A program made the position numbers and the translations under genes. From the NCBI RefSeq assembly GCF_009914755.1, contig NC_060925.1: a stretch of DNA of 64,000 bases, one strand, 5' to 3'. This DNA comes from the human T2T-CHM13v2.0 reference genome, Homo sapiens. How positions within the stretch are numbered: position 1 is the first letter of the stretch; every line of letters begins with the position of its first letter. This document shows positions 47,905 to 63,684 of the stretch, one piece after another. The notes beneath the pieces are model-generated. The model did no database searches. It was not told the origin of the DNA and saw nothing but the letters and a program-made list of their open reading frames with translations.

Positions 47905-48210
47905 TAAAAGGCAAAAACTTAATAAAGAGATATTTAATGTTTCTCTCCCATGATTAAATATTGTAATCCCATTAGAGATCCTATGTTGAACAAATACCAT
48001 GATCCCTCTCAAATGGTACTGGATCCCTGTCAAGTAGTCCCTCCTGAGGTTCCACTGGCTTGTGACTACGAGTTCCATCTTCATCTCTACCACCTGTCAT
48101 GAGGTTTCATACTTTCTCCCCGACTTCTGATCCAAAGGCAGCTCCTGGAGGGGGTCTTACGTTGTATTCATGTGTTTAAAAATAACCCTCTGCTTTTGTT
48201 GTGTGAATGA

Positions 48211-48616
<406 letters not shown>

Positions 48617-48679
48617 AAGTCTTGTTTTTATTATGTAAGATCTGTGTATGCCTCTCATCCCACCCCAGCACTTAACCAC

Positions 48680-49025
48680 TGATATGGTTTGGCTGTGTCC
48701 CCACCCAAATCTCACCTTGTAATAATTCCCACATGTCAGGAGCGGGGCCAGGTGGAGATAATTGAATCATGGAGGCAGTTTCCCCCATACTGTTCTCATG
48801 GTAGTGAATAAGTCTCACAAGATCTGATGGTTTTTATAAATGGGAGTTCCCCTGCACAAGCTCTCTTGCCTGCTGCCATGTGAGATATGATTTTGTTCCT
48901 TTGCTTTCCACCATGACTGTGAGGCCTCCCCAGCCATGTGGAACTGTGAGTCCATTAAACTTTCCTTTATAAACTATCCAGTCTTGGGTATGTCTTTATT
49001 AGCAGCATGAGAACAGACTAACACA
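48680..49025 (+). mobile_element. THE1 (THE1C-like) MaLR solo LTR
   Basis: tgatatggtttggctgtgtccccacccaaatctca ... tttattagcagcatgagaacagactaacaca; near-TSD accac/actac. Confidence 0.9.
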
Positions 49026-51452
49026 ACTACCTTCTTAAACCTCTCCTCACTTGCCTCTCAGGAACTTTTACTTGATTGGCACCCTCCCTACCTCTGCCCC
49101 AGGGATGCTATCGTTCATTTATCCTCTTCTCTACACACATTTGGGAGCCCAACAGCTCCTAGGACATTAACCATTATCTTTTGCAGCAACTCCCAAATAT
49201 CTCTGTCTAGCCTTGCTCTATCTTACCTATAACATGAACAATCAGGTGGATATTTCAATTTAGCTGCTCCGCTGTTGCCTTCTCTTTGACATGAAACTGT
49301 CAATTAATTAATTAATGCTCCCACTTCTTTATTTACCTTTTATCAATTCTGTGTTTAAAATGATCATTCCTGGCACTAGGTGCAAATTATTAGAATTATC
49401 TTTCTCACTTAATCTCATATCTATATCTGATCTATTGCAGTTTTAGTTAAGATAATGCTAATTGATATAGAAAATAAGTAAAAACTATTATCATGGATAA
49501 TAGCTCATGATAGCAGCACATTTCTCAATCATATTACATCCCTAATAAGAGTCCCTAGTCACTGGGTAGCTCTCCTTTAAACAGGCAGAAGGGACCTGAG
49601 CTCCTTCCATCCTTTCACTCTATCATGTCTTAGGCTCTGTGGCTGCTTGATAGAAGGGGAAAAGAACAAGGAGGGTAAGGTGTGGGAGGTTTTCGGCTCA
49701 GACCTGGAAGTGTTGCCTTGCCCCTCACTTATGTTATGCTCCTTTGGCTGGAACTTAGGCACCTCACCAATGTAACTGTAAAGGTGATTGGAATGTATAG
49801 TTTAGCTGTGTGTCCTGGAAAAGGAACAAATGCAAGGAAGCTGGCCAGTCTCTGCCAGTTGCCAAATCACGCAGATTGTTCTTCTGTAGTCTTTCCCATC
49901 CATGTCCTTTGCCCATTTCCATGGCTACTGTGCTAGTGCAAGCCCTTATTGTGTTGTATGTGGAATATCACAATGTTTGCTGAATGATTTGTCTTCTAAG
50001 TTGTTTTCCTATGTCTAGTCTTTTCTCCTGTAATGAATTTTGATCCAACAACCAAAGTGAGCTTTTCAACCTACTCAGTGACTCCATGTTGCATAGTGTT
50101 CAGAGCTCTCCAAAGTCTGCCTCTGTATTCTTATTTCTCTTGATTCAACTTCCTGGGCCCTTTTGTATCGTCAAACTGATCTATTTAAAGTATCTGGTCT
50201 TCAGGTTCTTCCTCACTCAGTTTCTTCCACCTAACTTTAAACGGTGACATATTATAGCTGAGTGAATAAACTGACTTAGGAGTCAGAGTGCCTAAATTAT
50301 GGTGCTGCCACTAATTAGCTGTATGATTTTTCTATGCCTGTTCTCTTTTGAAAAAAAAAATCAAGGTATAAAACCTACCTGTCCATGTTTAGAAGTATAA
50401 ATAAGTTTGTATAAATAATGCCCTGAGTTGATTGGTATTCACATAATAGTTATTAAATGAGCAATTTGCAGTTACTAAGAATGTCCTTCTCCATTGGTAA
50501 CCACTCAACTCCCACACTTTAGTCAATATTTTGCCTAAGCATCTTCAAAATTTTGAAACCTTCCCAGTCCGTTCTATCCCAAATGATCTCTTACTATTGT
50601 GAATCATTGAATCTACTTATTTGGCAATTAATCTTGTAACGGTTTATGATATTTTTATGTGCACAGGACTTTTAATGTTATCTTCTGTTGGAAATACCCT
50701 TCCTGTGAAGTTCCCCTGCTTGCCAGTGAGATTTGGAGAACTGACTGTGGCTTATGTGTGCTTTAATCTTCAGTGCCTTGCATAGTGATGTTTTTTGGTA
50801 AGCATATCAATAAGAGCTCTTTAATTTAGTAATAATAAATACATTTCTAGTGTTCATTGTTGCAGTCCTGGCCATGGAGTGAATCGGCATGTAAATGTTT
50901 ATTTGGTAGATTTTAAGGTACCAGTTAGAAGGTTTTTGCTACTCCAAATTATGAGAATCCAAGCTCATAATTATGAAGAAATTGATGGAACTGTGAATAC
51001 TGAGCTTGCTGGCATCCTGGCCCCCCACTGGGGCCATTTGAACACTTCACATTAGTAATCACTTCCTTGCAGGGTAGTGTGGGCCCCCCATGAGCAGTTA
51101 ATTAGGGGAAGCAGGTTTATTACTGCAAAGTGGTTGAGTTTAGAACAAGCTAAATAAGAAGATTGAAATCATATTGGAAGAAACATGGGATATTAATACA
51201 TTGGCTGTAAGTAATGAAAGATAAGGATAGCATTAAATTCTAGCAACAATATATTAACTGCAAGGGAACTAATTTGTAAATGAGTGCTTTGCCTCTCTCT
51301 GAGATGGATTTTCATCTGATGAAAGGACCACGAGAATGGCCACCACGGTGACACCTTTGGTAAGATTTGAGTGTAGTTCTTAGTAGCTGCGTTTTCTGGG
51401 GCTCATTGCAATGTTTGGACTTGGATTCTTTAGCAGCAAAAGATAATACCCT

Positions 51453-51873
51453 TGAGGCAGGGGAATAGGGTCTGGAGGCAGGGAAACTAAGGACTTCCTA
51501 GAACTAAATCCCAACCTTCTTCACCCACGTAAGTAATTTTGTAACTTTACCTTAACTATGGCAGAAAACATCCTCTTCATTTGCATAGGGTGTACACTGA
51601 GTAAATAACTTTGTAACTTCATTTCCTCTTCATTTATATAGGGTGTGCACTAAGTGACCAATGGGAAACCTCTAGAGGCTATTTAAGCCCTGGAAAATTC
51701 TGTAACCAGCACTCTTGATCCGCTTGCTTGGGCTGCTCCTACACTGTGAAGTGTGCTTTTGTTTTCAATAAATCTCTGCTTTTGTTGTTTCATTCTTTCC
51801 TTGCTTTGTTTGTGCATTTTGTCCAATTCTTTGTTCAAAATGCCAAGAACCTTGACACCCTCCACCAGTAACA
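51453..51873 (+). mobile_element. MER51-like ERV1 solo LTR
   Basis: tgaggcaggggaatagggtctggaggcagggaa ... ccaagaaccttgacaccctccaccagtaaca; TSD ccct (51449-51452 / 51874-51877); AATAAA ~51767. Confidence 0.85.
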
Positions 51874-53190
51874 CCCTGGAGAGGGGCAAAGAGAAGTTTT
51901 TTTTTGTTTTGTTTTAAAAAAACTTCATATTCCTTTAATAGACATGAAAAAAAGTCACTGATGCCTTCTGATAGTGTGTTTTTATGACATGCCTAGGAGT
52001 GGATGCCAAACACAATGGGGTTTCCTGGCCTCCTTAGGTGGATGGGTATGGGGCAGAGGGAGTAATAGTGGTGGGAGTTTTCCAGGGTTTTGCTTGCCCT
52101 TTCTGTAACAAGGTGGTATTCAGAGTGGGACAGATACTTAGGAGAGGAGCTTGGAGGGAGGTAGATGAGGAACCAAAATCTTTTCCCTTGGCCCTAATTT
52201 GCTCCTGAAATCATCCCACTGTCAAGGCAGGAAGAAGGAAATACGGAGCCAAAAGGGCTAGTGGAGAGAGGGGAAAAAAAATCACCATTGTTCCATGTGG
52301 CTGGGCTTTGACAATACTTTATAATAAAGATTTGAAGGCTGCTCTCTGGAGACTATCCAAAGAACAAGCAGTGTTTTGTGGAACCATGTCGAATGTTAAG
52401 GGGACATTTGAGCTTTCTTTAACATTTACCTTTCTTTCTTTTCTGATTGACCTCAAATTTGAGTTACATTAATATTATTTAACGTAGTCCAGATCTTTGC
52501 TCTCCTTGCTAAATATCCTACAACATTTCCTTTAATTTTATGGAAAGAGACCTAGAGACATGAAGGTAGATTAGTGATTTACTAGATCTACAAATTAGTA
52601 GCAAAACCAAGACTAGAATACAAAACTGGGGATGAGCAATTATTTGCTTTAACTATTATATGTTCTTTGTTACCAGTGAAGAGCTTATTGTGTTGCTAAG
52701 ATACAGTCTGGTCACCATTGAAGGGCATTGTTCTATGTACAATGAAGACACTGGGCTTGATTCATTGCCTTGGGGTCTTAATCATATTATTTATTTCTCC
52801 AGTTCACAAAATTTTATAATTCACCATGGGTGTTTTAGTTAATTAGTACAAATTGGAAAGGTCTTATAGAGTACATAATTATTTCCTACAGGACCCTCTT
52901 TGGTGATTATAAATCCAGTTTCAGTGAATCTTGACAAGGATAAAAGCAATTACTTCAAGTTCGTAGAAAACCTCACAGTTCTCATGTTTTTCAGTATTGT
53001 CCAGTAAATTCTGCATTATAATTTTAATGTCAAATTATATCTTTTGAATTATACACACCTCAACATGTATGGATAAACTTAGAAACTTTAGTAGAGTCCT
53101 TCTCCAAAGACTTATTCACTAAATCTCTAGACCTCTTCTTTGCATCTTAAATACCCAGGCAACAAGAATTGGTAGAGACACTTACGAAAC

Positions 53191-53917
<727 letters not shown>

Positions 53918-55264
53918 TCAGATTTTATTGAAATGGAATGCAGCTTGGTTTACGATCTTTTTTTAGTGGTATTAACTATTTTCTATCTACCCATTTGTTA
54001 GATAATGAACAGTAGGTAGTTTTTCTTTCTCACTGTGAAGCATAAGGATAGAATGTTCCAAGTCTGTAAAAGCATTAGTGCCATTTAGAATCCAAAATGT
54101 GAAAAGTTCAACATAATTAACACAGAGTAACAGTTTGCTTCACAGCATTTTAAAATTGACATATCATAGACAGTTGTACTGCTTCTGAGTTTGGTAACAT
54201 TAATAAACAAGTACTTGTAATTTAAGAGTAATTATGAATCCATCCATGAGTGATTTTCTAATGAAGTCAAATAAAGAAATCAGCAGTTGGGAAGCATTCT
54301 TTAGTTCTTAATTAGGAAACTAGCAGCAAGTTAACAGTCATAATTTTCATCCAGTCCTTCCCATCGTATTGCTCTTATGTAATGGTATGATAAAGTCATT
54401 GTGTTTGGAGAATGACCAGTTTGACAGCACAGTACTTGGAGCTATGAAATCCTTTTCTCTGCCACTCTCAGAAGCAGTGCTATTCATGTAACATACTTAA
54501 TACTTGGCAGAAAGAAAAGGCTTTGAGATCCTTGGATCTCAACGTGCTGTAGAAAATTATAGCATATTTAATTCTTCCAAAGAAGACCATGAGGAAGACA
54601 TGTGACAAATACTACTGGACTCATTTTACAGGTAGAGACATTTGACAATGTAGCTGACTTAGTCAAAGCACTACAAGGAAAGAATGTAGATGCTTATTTC
54701 CATATTTCCAAAAGACAAGTGAATAAACTACTGATCAAACAAAGCTGAATTCATTACTTGCTGATTTAGGGAGAACACCCCCTTGACAATGTCTAAGGTT
54801 TCAGAAGATAGAGCTTAGGGGCATAAATTTATAGGGTTTGGAGGTCTGGTTGAAAGTAGGTTCACTTTCAATGTAGTGGTCTGATTGGATCAGACAAAGT
54901 TCAGATTATAACACTTTAGGATTTGTAGACCAATAATTCACACTTTTACTTTCCTGGGCAAGAATTTTCTGAAATAAATAGTAGAGGCATATTGACATAA
55001 GAACCTTCATTTTTAGGCCTGATAATTCAGTTGTAGAAGAGCAGTCCCATAGGACCCTGATCAGATTAGTTCAGAATTTATCCATCTATCCACTCACCTA
55101 TCTGTCTGTTCATCCATTTATCCATCTGTCCATTCAACCAATATTCATTAAGCAGTTCTTATATTTCAGGCACTGTGACAGATACTAGGGAGGCAGACAT
55201 AAATGACATAGTTTTTGGCCTTATTGGGCTCATAGTCTAATGAAGACCACTGATACCTTAATGA

Positions 55265-55429
<165 letters not shown>

Positions 55430-56864
55430 TGAAGAAATGGTTATGATAGCAAATGCTGTTGTGGTAGGAATAAAATAGGGGGAGATAAGATGAGAAAAGT
55501 AGGTTGTTGCTTAATTGTAAAGGGCCTCAAATGCAATGTTCAGAAAGTCTAGCTCTGTTTGGTAGGCCAGGAATTTTTACTCTTGGCTGCACTTTAACAT
55601 CACCAGGAGATTAAAAAAAAAAAAAAGATAACGGCCCCACCCAGACCAATTAATGTCAGAATCTCTGGGATAGGGTCTGGACAGTTAATGCCCTGGTAAT
55701 TCTACTGTATAGGTAGGACTGGAAGACCCTGACAAAGTGACTGAGGTGCCATCAAGGTTTTTAATGAAGTCAATGACAACTTTTGAAGTGTGTACAAATG
55801 ATGGAGGATTGAAGCAACTAGAGATGGAGACCACTTAGGAGATTCTTGCAATATTTGAGGTGTGATCTCAATGGAGGCAGGGGCAGTGACTCTGAAGAAG
55901 CAGGCAGATTCAAGAGGCACTTTGGAGTTATTTTTGATTCTCCTTTGATTAGCTACCTCAGTCCTTCACTTTCATCACAATGTCTTGCAAGAACAGAAAA
56001 AGTGCTCAAAAATGCACGAACCGAATTAACAGAAATGTTGACATTTACTGTGCGAACAGAAGCATAGTAGAGGGTAAAATCAATCTCACACGATGTGACT
56101 TTTTTCGGAGGAAGAGTGTGGGACTTGGGAGTCAAAGCACTAAGGGTTGGGACTTGGCTTTGCCTTTGATGACTTGCTTGAGCTAAGTAAGTCCTAAACT
56201 GCTGAGGACTTGGTACAAGGAAGACCATGTTTTCTGCTCTGAAATCCTGCCAGGAAAGGATGTTGAACATTAAGAAGAAAATAGATAACAAATTGGGCCT
56301 AGGGGAACTCTCTAAGCCCAACACTAAAAGATTTCTCTATGATTGGGATCTTAATGCTGTCACTACTCTAGAAATTAGGCAAAGGGCTCCTCTAAAGGCT
56401 TGGTTCTTAGGCCCCCAGCCCTTGTCCTTCATATAGCTCTTGTCCTTCACATCTTCTGTGTTGCCCCTTTCCTGAAGGGTCTTCTCAGTGCAAAGGGTGG
56501 CAGGCATTCTTTAGGAATGGCACAGTGTTGCCAAAGTAAATAGCCCCTACTCTCTGTCAGGTACTTGCTAATAGTTTTTTGCATTATTCAATCCTCACAG
56601 CAAAAGGAATAATAGCTGGTGCATGAATACTGTAGCTTTCTGCTACTGACCATAGCAAGGCATTAGTGCAACAGTCCCTTAAAATAAGCTAGTAAATTTC
56701 CTACAAATTAGTGGGAGAGAGCCACAAAGTTAGGGTTTATTCTATCCTCACAACAATCCTGTAAGTGAGAATTAGTCAATCCTCACAACAATCTCGTAAG
56801 TCACATGCTATTATGATATCCATTATACAGATGAGTAAACTGAGGAATTTTTTTTGAAGCTCTG

Positions 56865-57148
56865 GTTTAGATAGAGTCTCAGTTTCTTGCCCAGGGTGAG
56901 TGCAGTGGCGTGATCTCGTTCAACGGTAGCCTCTGCCTCCTGGGCTCAGTTGATCCTCCCACCTCACCCTCCCAAGTAGGTGTAATTACAGGCATGTGCC
57001 ACCAAGTCCAGCTAATTTTTGTGTTTTTAGTAGAGGCAGGGTTTTGCCATGCTGGCCAGGCAGGTCTCGAACTCCTAGCCTCAGGTGATCTGTCTGCCTC
57101 AGCCTCCCAAAGTGCTGGGATTACAGGCATGAGCCACCATGCCCAGCC
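56865..57148 (-). mobile_element. Alu (J/S)
   Basis: Full dimer. Confidence 0.9.
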
Positions 57149-57629
57149 ACATGTTCCCTTTAATTAATATACTTTATCATATGTCATCTGAGAACACAGC
57201 CTGATATTAGGTGCATGGAAGGATACAAATGTAGTGGTGCCATTGGTTCTTCCATTATAGGAACTTGGACAGGTTGTTTTATCTTTCTGGAAGTCATCTA
57301 CTTTGTAAGTTGAGAGGATGAGACTCAAAAATATGACCATCTTTTGTTTACTCTACACATTGTAGTCACAACACATTCTCATTAGCAACTTCTCTCATTG
57401 AGCACAGTGACTATTGTTGAGGAATTATTTAATGGATTCTCCACCTTTTTACCTTAAAATTCCTGGACTCAGTTATTTTCCAGTTTCTAGAACATTTATT
57501 CTACATTTGTGGTATTTGCCTTCATGCAAAGTAGTTGTGTGAGGCATCTAACAGCTATTCTGAGATATTTTATCACAATTTTCATGACAGGAAGATAAAG
57601 TATAGTGAAATACTTTAAAAACACTTCTT

Positions 57630-59640
57630 ATTAAACATATGCTTGTCAAGCTATCTTTATGTGCTGGCTATTCTGCGAGGCTCCTTGGAAAGTGTGGAGA
57701 GCAGGAGCAAATCTGGATCTTACTCCTGCTTTCAGTCAGGTCAGTGAGGCAGACACTTAATCGATGATGGCACTAATTGATATACAGTTATAAACACAGG
57801 TAAATTCTCTGAAGGAAGGGATGAGTTTCTGTGAAAAACTGTAACAACGAAGCTGACTTAGACTGGAGTGGCAAGAAATCTTCTGGAAGAAGGTGATGGT
57901 TTAGCTAAGACACAAATGATGAGTAGATTATTAACTAAGCTAGAGGTAGGAGTGGAGAGAGGGAGCCGTGGGAGTGGCATGTGTTAAAACCTTGTGGTGG
58001 AAGAAAATTGCTGAGCCCAAGGAACTGAAGGAAGGTCAGTGGGGCTACAGAATAGAGAACAAGGTAAAGGATGGTATTACTTGATGCTCGAAAGTGAAGA
58101 AGGGCCAGAAATGCAGGACTTTTTAGTCTACACGAAAAATTTTGATCCTTAATTTGCAATTTGTGGGGAGTCAATAATGGTGTTATAAGGGGCAACATCA
58201 TCAGATTTTGGTTTTGAAAACATCACACAGGCTGATATGTGGTGAATGTGCTGGAGGAGGTTAAGATACAGGCAGACCATCTAGTAGTAGGCTTTGCAAG
58301 AGGTGATGGCAGCTTGGGTGAGGGTAGAAGCAGTGGACATAATAAGGAGCGAACATATTTGAAAAATACTGAAGCCAAGATTCTGGTGTATTAGTCTGTT
58401 CTCACACTGTTACAAAGAAATACCTGAGACTGGGTAATCTATAAAGAAAGGAGGTTTAATTGGCTCAGGGTTCAGCAGGCTATAAGGAAGCATGGCTGGA
58501 GAGGCCTCAGGAAACTCAATCATGGTGGATGGCAAAGGGGAAGGAGGCACGTCTTACATGGCTGCAGCAGGAGGAAGAGAGCAAAGGAGGAAGTGCCACA
58601 CATGTTTAAACAACCAGATCTAATGAGACCTCACTCACTATCACAAAAACAACAAGGAGGAAATCCACCCTTAGGACCCAGTCATCTCCCACCAGGCCCC
58701 ACCTCCAACACTGGAGATTATTTGACATGAGATTTGGGTGGGGACACAAATCCAAACCATATTATCTGGCTTGGTGCCATTCACTGAAATTGAGAACTCT
58801 GGGGTAAGATTAGGTTTTAGGGACAGAGCATGAGTTTTGCCATGTACCTATTGAGATTGGGTTGCCTTCAAGACTTTCGATTAGCGATTTCATGGTTGGA
58901 GTTAGGCATCTTGTTTGAGAGCTCAGAGGAGAGGTCTGGGTGGCAGTATGTGTTTGAGAGTCTTAGAGACTAGAGATGCTGGGAAAAAGCATGGGTCTAG
59001 ATGAAATTGCCTAAGGAGAGAACAAAGAGTAAAAAAAGGCGGTAGAGGGCACAGTCTTGAGGAACTCTAGCATGGGGACTGGCAAAGGAAAAAGAGACAG
59101 CAAAGCAGGCAAAAATAAATAAATAAATAAAAATGAGAGATGAGAGAGGAAAATCAGGCCAGTGGGGTGTCCTGGAATCTGAAGGAAGGAGTGTTTTAAG
59201 TTGAGGGAGCATCACATGTCCTAAATGCTAAAAGGTGCCCTTTGGATTTGTTGACTTGGCAATTAAATGCCGTGGCATGTTGGTCACAGAGACCATTTAG
59301 GAGTGAGTTTTAGTGAGTGGAAGGTGAGAAAATGGAAACAGTGGTTTAGACAACTCTTTTAAGAGAATGGCTGTGAAGAGCAGCAGCTAAATTGAACTGT
59401 AGTGATGAGAGTTGCGTTTTTTTTTTTTTTCTTAAGATGGTTTAATCATGGGCATGTATAATTGTTGATGAGAGGGATCCAGTTGAAAGGGAGAGATTGA
59501 TTTCTGCAGAAGACAGAAGGTCCCAGGGATGAGGGAAAGTGAGTTTTCCAAAGCATGGGTACATGAATGGGCCTGGGAGGAGGGTCACTTCCTCTAACAT
59601 AAGAGGAAGAATGAGGCAGAATATGGGTACACATGTTTGG
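57630..59640 (-). mobile_element. L2, long diverged fragment interrupted by MSTA
   Basis: ggaactgaaggaaggtcagtggggct; gagaggtgatggcagcttgg; gagctcagaggagaggtctggg; tagacaactctttt. Confidence 0.75.
58387..58764 (-). mobile_element. MSTA MaLR solo LTR
   Basis: tgtattagtctgttctcacactg...aagaaatacctgagactggg ... gagatttgggtggggacacaaatccaaaccatatta; TSD tctgg. Confidence 0.9.
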
Positions 59641-61224
59641 AAGGTCACTGGTTCTCTCTTTCTTATAATTATTTACTCATTATAATTCTTTCAATCCTAG
59701 GCTTTCAGGGAGGGAAGAAACGTTTTTCCCCAATTATTTTGCTTTTAAAATTATTCCTTCTTATTTTAAAGAGCACTTACATTCTCCTTAAACCTTCTGT
59801 TTTCTTCATTTTTCTTTCCAACAGATTCATTAACATTTTCCTTTATTCAAATTCTCACTCATGATCTCCTGTATAGGACTGAGGCAAATTGCTTAACACC
59901 TCAAAATTAAACCCTCTCACAAAATATTTTTGCTGTTTTCAAAAAGATTCAATATAAGAAAGATGTTTATAATTTTTTCAGAAATTGAATATACATGACA
60001 AGTGATTCAAATACTGTATTTATAATCATTACCTTCAGTTCTTAGATTGAAATAACCAGTCTTATTAGTTTCAGCAAAACCAATTAAGCATGCAACTTTA
60101 TTGAAAGCAATTGTGACTTTGGGAAGCCACAAAGGAAATAGAAAAATGAGTAATTTCAAATATATAACACCTCAGTCCTTTGTGTTGGTGAAGTCTCCTT
60201 AACCTTCTGTGAGAGGAAAACCTGCCTAGAATTCTAATTACTGTGCCTGAAAACTAACAAGTATACATTCTAGTCAGAGCATTATTTGCAATTTGATTGC
60301 TGAGAAATTGATCCGTTCCATTCAGGAGTAAGGCATCCTGTTTCCAAGACAACAAAGAGTTGGACTTTAAAATTATTGATCCAGTTGCTTTGGCTACCAT
60401 AATGGTGAAACGAGATTGATGGACCATAATCTGACAGTTGCTGGGAGATCCCTTATTAGTCTTGAGCTTCCTACTTCAGGAGTAACTGTACATAATTCCT
60501 AAACCTTTACAGCCAAAATGAATCCTTTTTGCTGATCATCGTACAGAAAGCAGTTTCATTGGAATGTAATTCTGTTTTTCCAACTTTAGTCGGACATAGG
60601 CTGCAAAATAAATCTGGGGAGTAGAAATGTTCTCTCTCAGCTATTCCTCATCACGAATTCCCACACTGTTTCCTTTAAAAAAATGACCTGCTGCAAAAAA
60701 CAATTACTCAGGAAGACAGCTGATTGCATCTCCTTTCTACTCTTGACCAACCATGCGATATATTTCCAAATAGTTCATCACTCCATAGTTCTTTCTTGAA
60801 TGTTCTCTCCAGCATCCAACATTTTGCACCAACTAAAGTGCCAGGTCCTTGTCTGCCTGTCCTATATTTTTACAGTTACACTGACTTGGGGGATTGTTCT
60901 TGATTGTTTACTGCATTAGATGGTCATCATGTTTCCTCCATTCCTCACAGGTGACAGTATATACATCCAACAACAACCAGTGAGTCTATTGTCTGGGAAA
61001 AAGAAGAGCAGATCAGGTCATGCTCCTAAGGAATCGTTCATCCTGCAGCAAATGCAATTATGTGGTATTCAGTGACGACAATACATCCACCAAGATGAGG
61101 GCATGGAATTTGGCAAAAGACCTTTTCCCTAATCTGTGAACTTATTTATGACAAAAGTCTGACAGAATTATATAAATGAAACCACAGTTTTCTATCAACA
61201 AATTCTGTTCCATAAAAAATCCCC

Positions 61225-61585
<361 letters not shown>

Positions 61586-61799
61586 TCATTTCATTTTAAT
61601 TCAGCAAATATTTCTTGACTACTAACCCTGTACCTGGTACTGTGATAGGTGTCGTGAATGCAAATCCCAGCACTCAAAGGACTTACTGTCTTCTGGGGAA
61701 GAAAGATAATTAAACAGCTACAGGACAATGTGATGCTTGCTATAACAGAGGAAAACACAGGATGGTTGGGGAGCTGAGTAAAGGGAATACCTAACTTTT

Positions 61800-62165
61800 T
61801 TTAAGAAATAATTTTTTATTTCAATAGCTTTTGGGGTACAGTGGTTTTTGGTTATACAGATGAACTGTATAGAGATGAAATCTGAGATTTTAGTGCACTG
61901 GTCACCCGAGTAGTGTACATTGTACCCAATACATAGATTTTTATCCCTTGCCCTCCCTCCCTCTCCCCCTTCTGAGTCTCCACAGTCCATTATACCACTC
62001 TGTATGTCTTTGCTTACCCATAGCTTAGCTCCCACTTAATAAGTGAGAACATACGGTATTTGGTTTTCCATACCTGATTTACTTCACTTAGAATAATGAC
62101 CTCCAGCTCCATCCACATTGCTGCAAAAGACATCATTTTGTTCTTTTTTATGGCTGAGTAGTAAT
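61800..62165 (-). mobile_element. L1PB/L1MA 3'-end, 5'-truncated, inserted in L2
   Basis: L1 3'UTR motifs; 15-bp TSD gaatacctaactttt (61785-61799 / 62166-62180). Confidence 0.85.
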
Positions 62166-63289
62166 GAATACCTAACTTTTGAAGGAGGCATTTATCAGAC
62201 TTCAAGGAGCAGATGACGTGGCACCTGAACTTAATCTTGAAGGGTGAGGTTGGCCAGGCTGACATAGGAGAGGAAGAGAGTCTAAGTTTCAAGAAAATAT
62301 ATGCAAAAGCACAGAAGCACCAAAGAGCACTTTTATGTAAAGAATGGCCAGTCACTGGGGTTGTCTTCAGGCTGATGTGCCTCTAGAGTTTACAAATAGG
62401 ACAGGTGACCAGGATGTAAAATTTTCCAAGAATCTTTCACAGAGGAGACTGGAGTTGAGTTTATGCTTGGAAATGGCCAACTGAAGGGTAGACAAAAATG
62501 AGAGAAGGGGGCATCCTAGATGGGGAAGGGATATCATCAGAGGCATGTTTCTCAAAGCTTTTTTGTCCTGCCACATGTTGAAAATATGAGTGTTCCTATT
62601 GAAAGTGAATGCCAACTCCCCAAATACAACCTGTTGAGAAGACAAAGTTTAGTTTATAGTTTACCACCTATACAGAATTTTGACGGTATCTTCGAAGGTG
62701 AAAGGCATGGTGAGAATTTACTGAGGATGGTAATTTTGGTTTAAGCCAAGTACTTCAATGCGGGGATTTTATTAGGATTGGGTAAGGATCATGACACAAC
62801 AGTCCAGGATTGATGGAAACAGCAAGGCAAGGATTTTGAGGCAAGAGATTCAAAGAATCTTAGAGCACAGACTGTTTGTTAGTACTTTCCATTGAAGAGT
62901 CAGTGGGCCCGTTTGGAAGTTTTGACATGAACAATCAAAGCAGTGGCCTGGACAACAGACATCTGGGAAGGTAAAGTAATGCTCGTGTAGTAGAATAGTA
63001 AAGTCATATGAATGTAGACAGTCACATCTGGTTTCCATTCTTGGTGTCCCTACTGAGGTTATTTAGGTTCTCATTTCATAGTGCACACTGGCATAAACAG
63101 GGGAAGCAGCCCGGGTAGAATGGACCACTGATGGGCTTCGGTCAACCTAAGCCCTGACCTAGCCAATGTGGGGGCAGGAGAATACATTCCTTGGCACATC
63201 TATAACCCCTCTGTGCCCCAAGTGATCAGCATACTGACTTAGTGTCTCTGCCTTACGGAAAGAGATAAAGACAGAGTCTTTGTGGAAGA

Positions 63290-63680
63290 ATTGTTTGTAA
63301 GAACATAAAATTGGAAATAACCTCAACATCCATCAACAAGAGAATGGATGGGTAAATTGTGGTATATTCAAATAAAATGAAATATTGTACAGTAATGAAG
63401 AAGAATGAGTAACAACTACAAATACCCATATATGACCTATAAACATACGCTTGAGGGAAAAAAGGATGTTGCCAAATATATATGCACTGTTTTAACCTTT
63501 ATATACTTAAAAGACTTCTATAGAATGTATGCGTGGACAATTATGAAAAGTATAATGAGATGCATGTAAAAAATAACAATCTGAATAGTGGTTACCCAGG
63601 GGACTTCAACTGCAATGGTAATGCTATTTTTAAAGCTAGGTGATAATTTCATGTGTCCATTATATTCTAAAGTTGGGGGC
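63290..63680 (+). mobile_element. L1ME-type 3' fragment
   Basis: ccatcaacaagagaatggatgggtaaattgtggtatattc. Confidence 0.6.
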
Positions 63681-63684
63681 ATTA

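Noticed and set aside
52892-53010. Short open frames with splice-like ends on both strands (e.g. minus 57 nt NLLDNTEKHENCEVFYELE)
   Set aside because: Weak splice sites, no recognisable protein, no partner exons; expected by chance in AT-rich DNA.
60700-60900. Faint resemblance of minus-strand LVGAKCW to an RTE-type LINE motif
   Set aside because: Needs several frameshifts; too short to support without a profile search.
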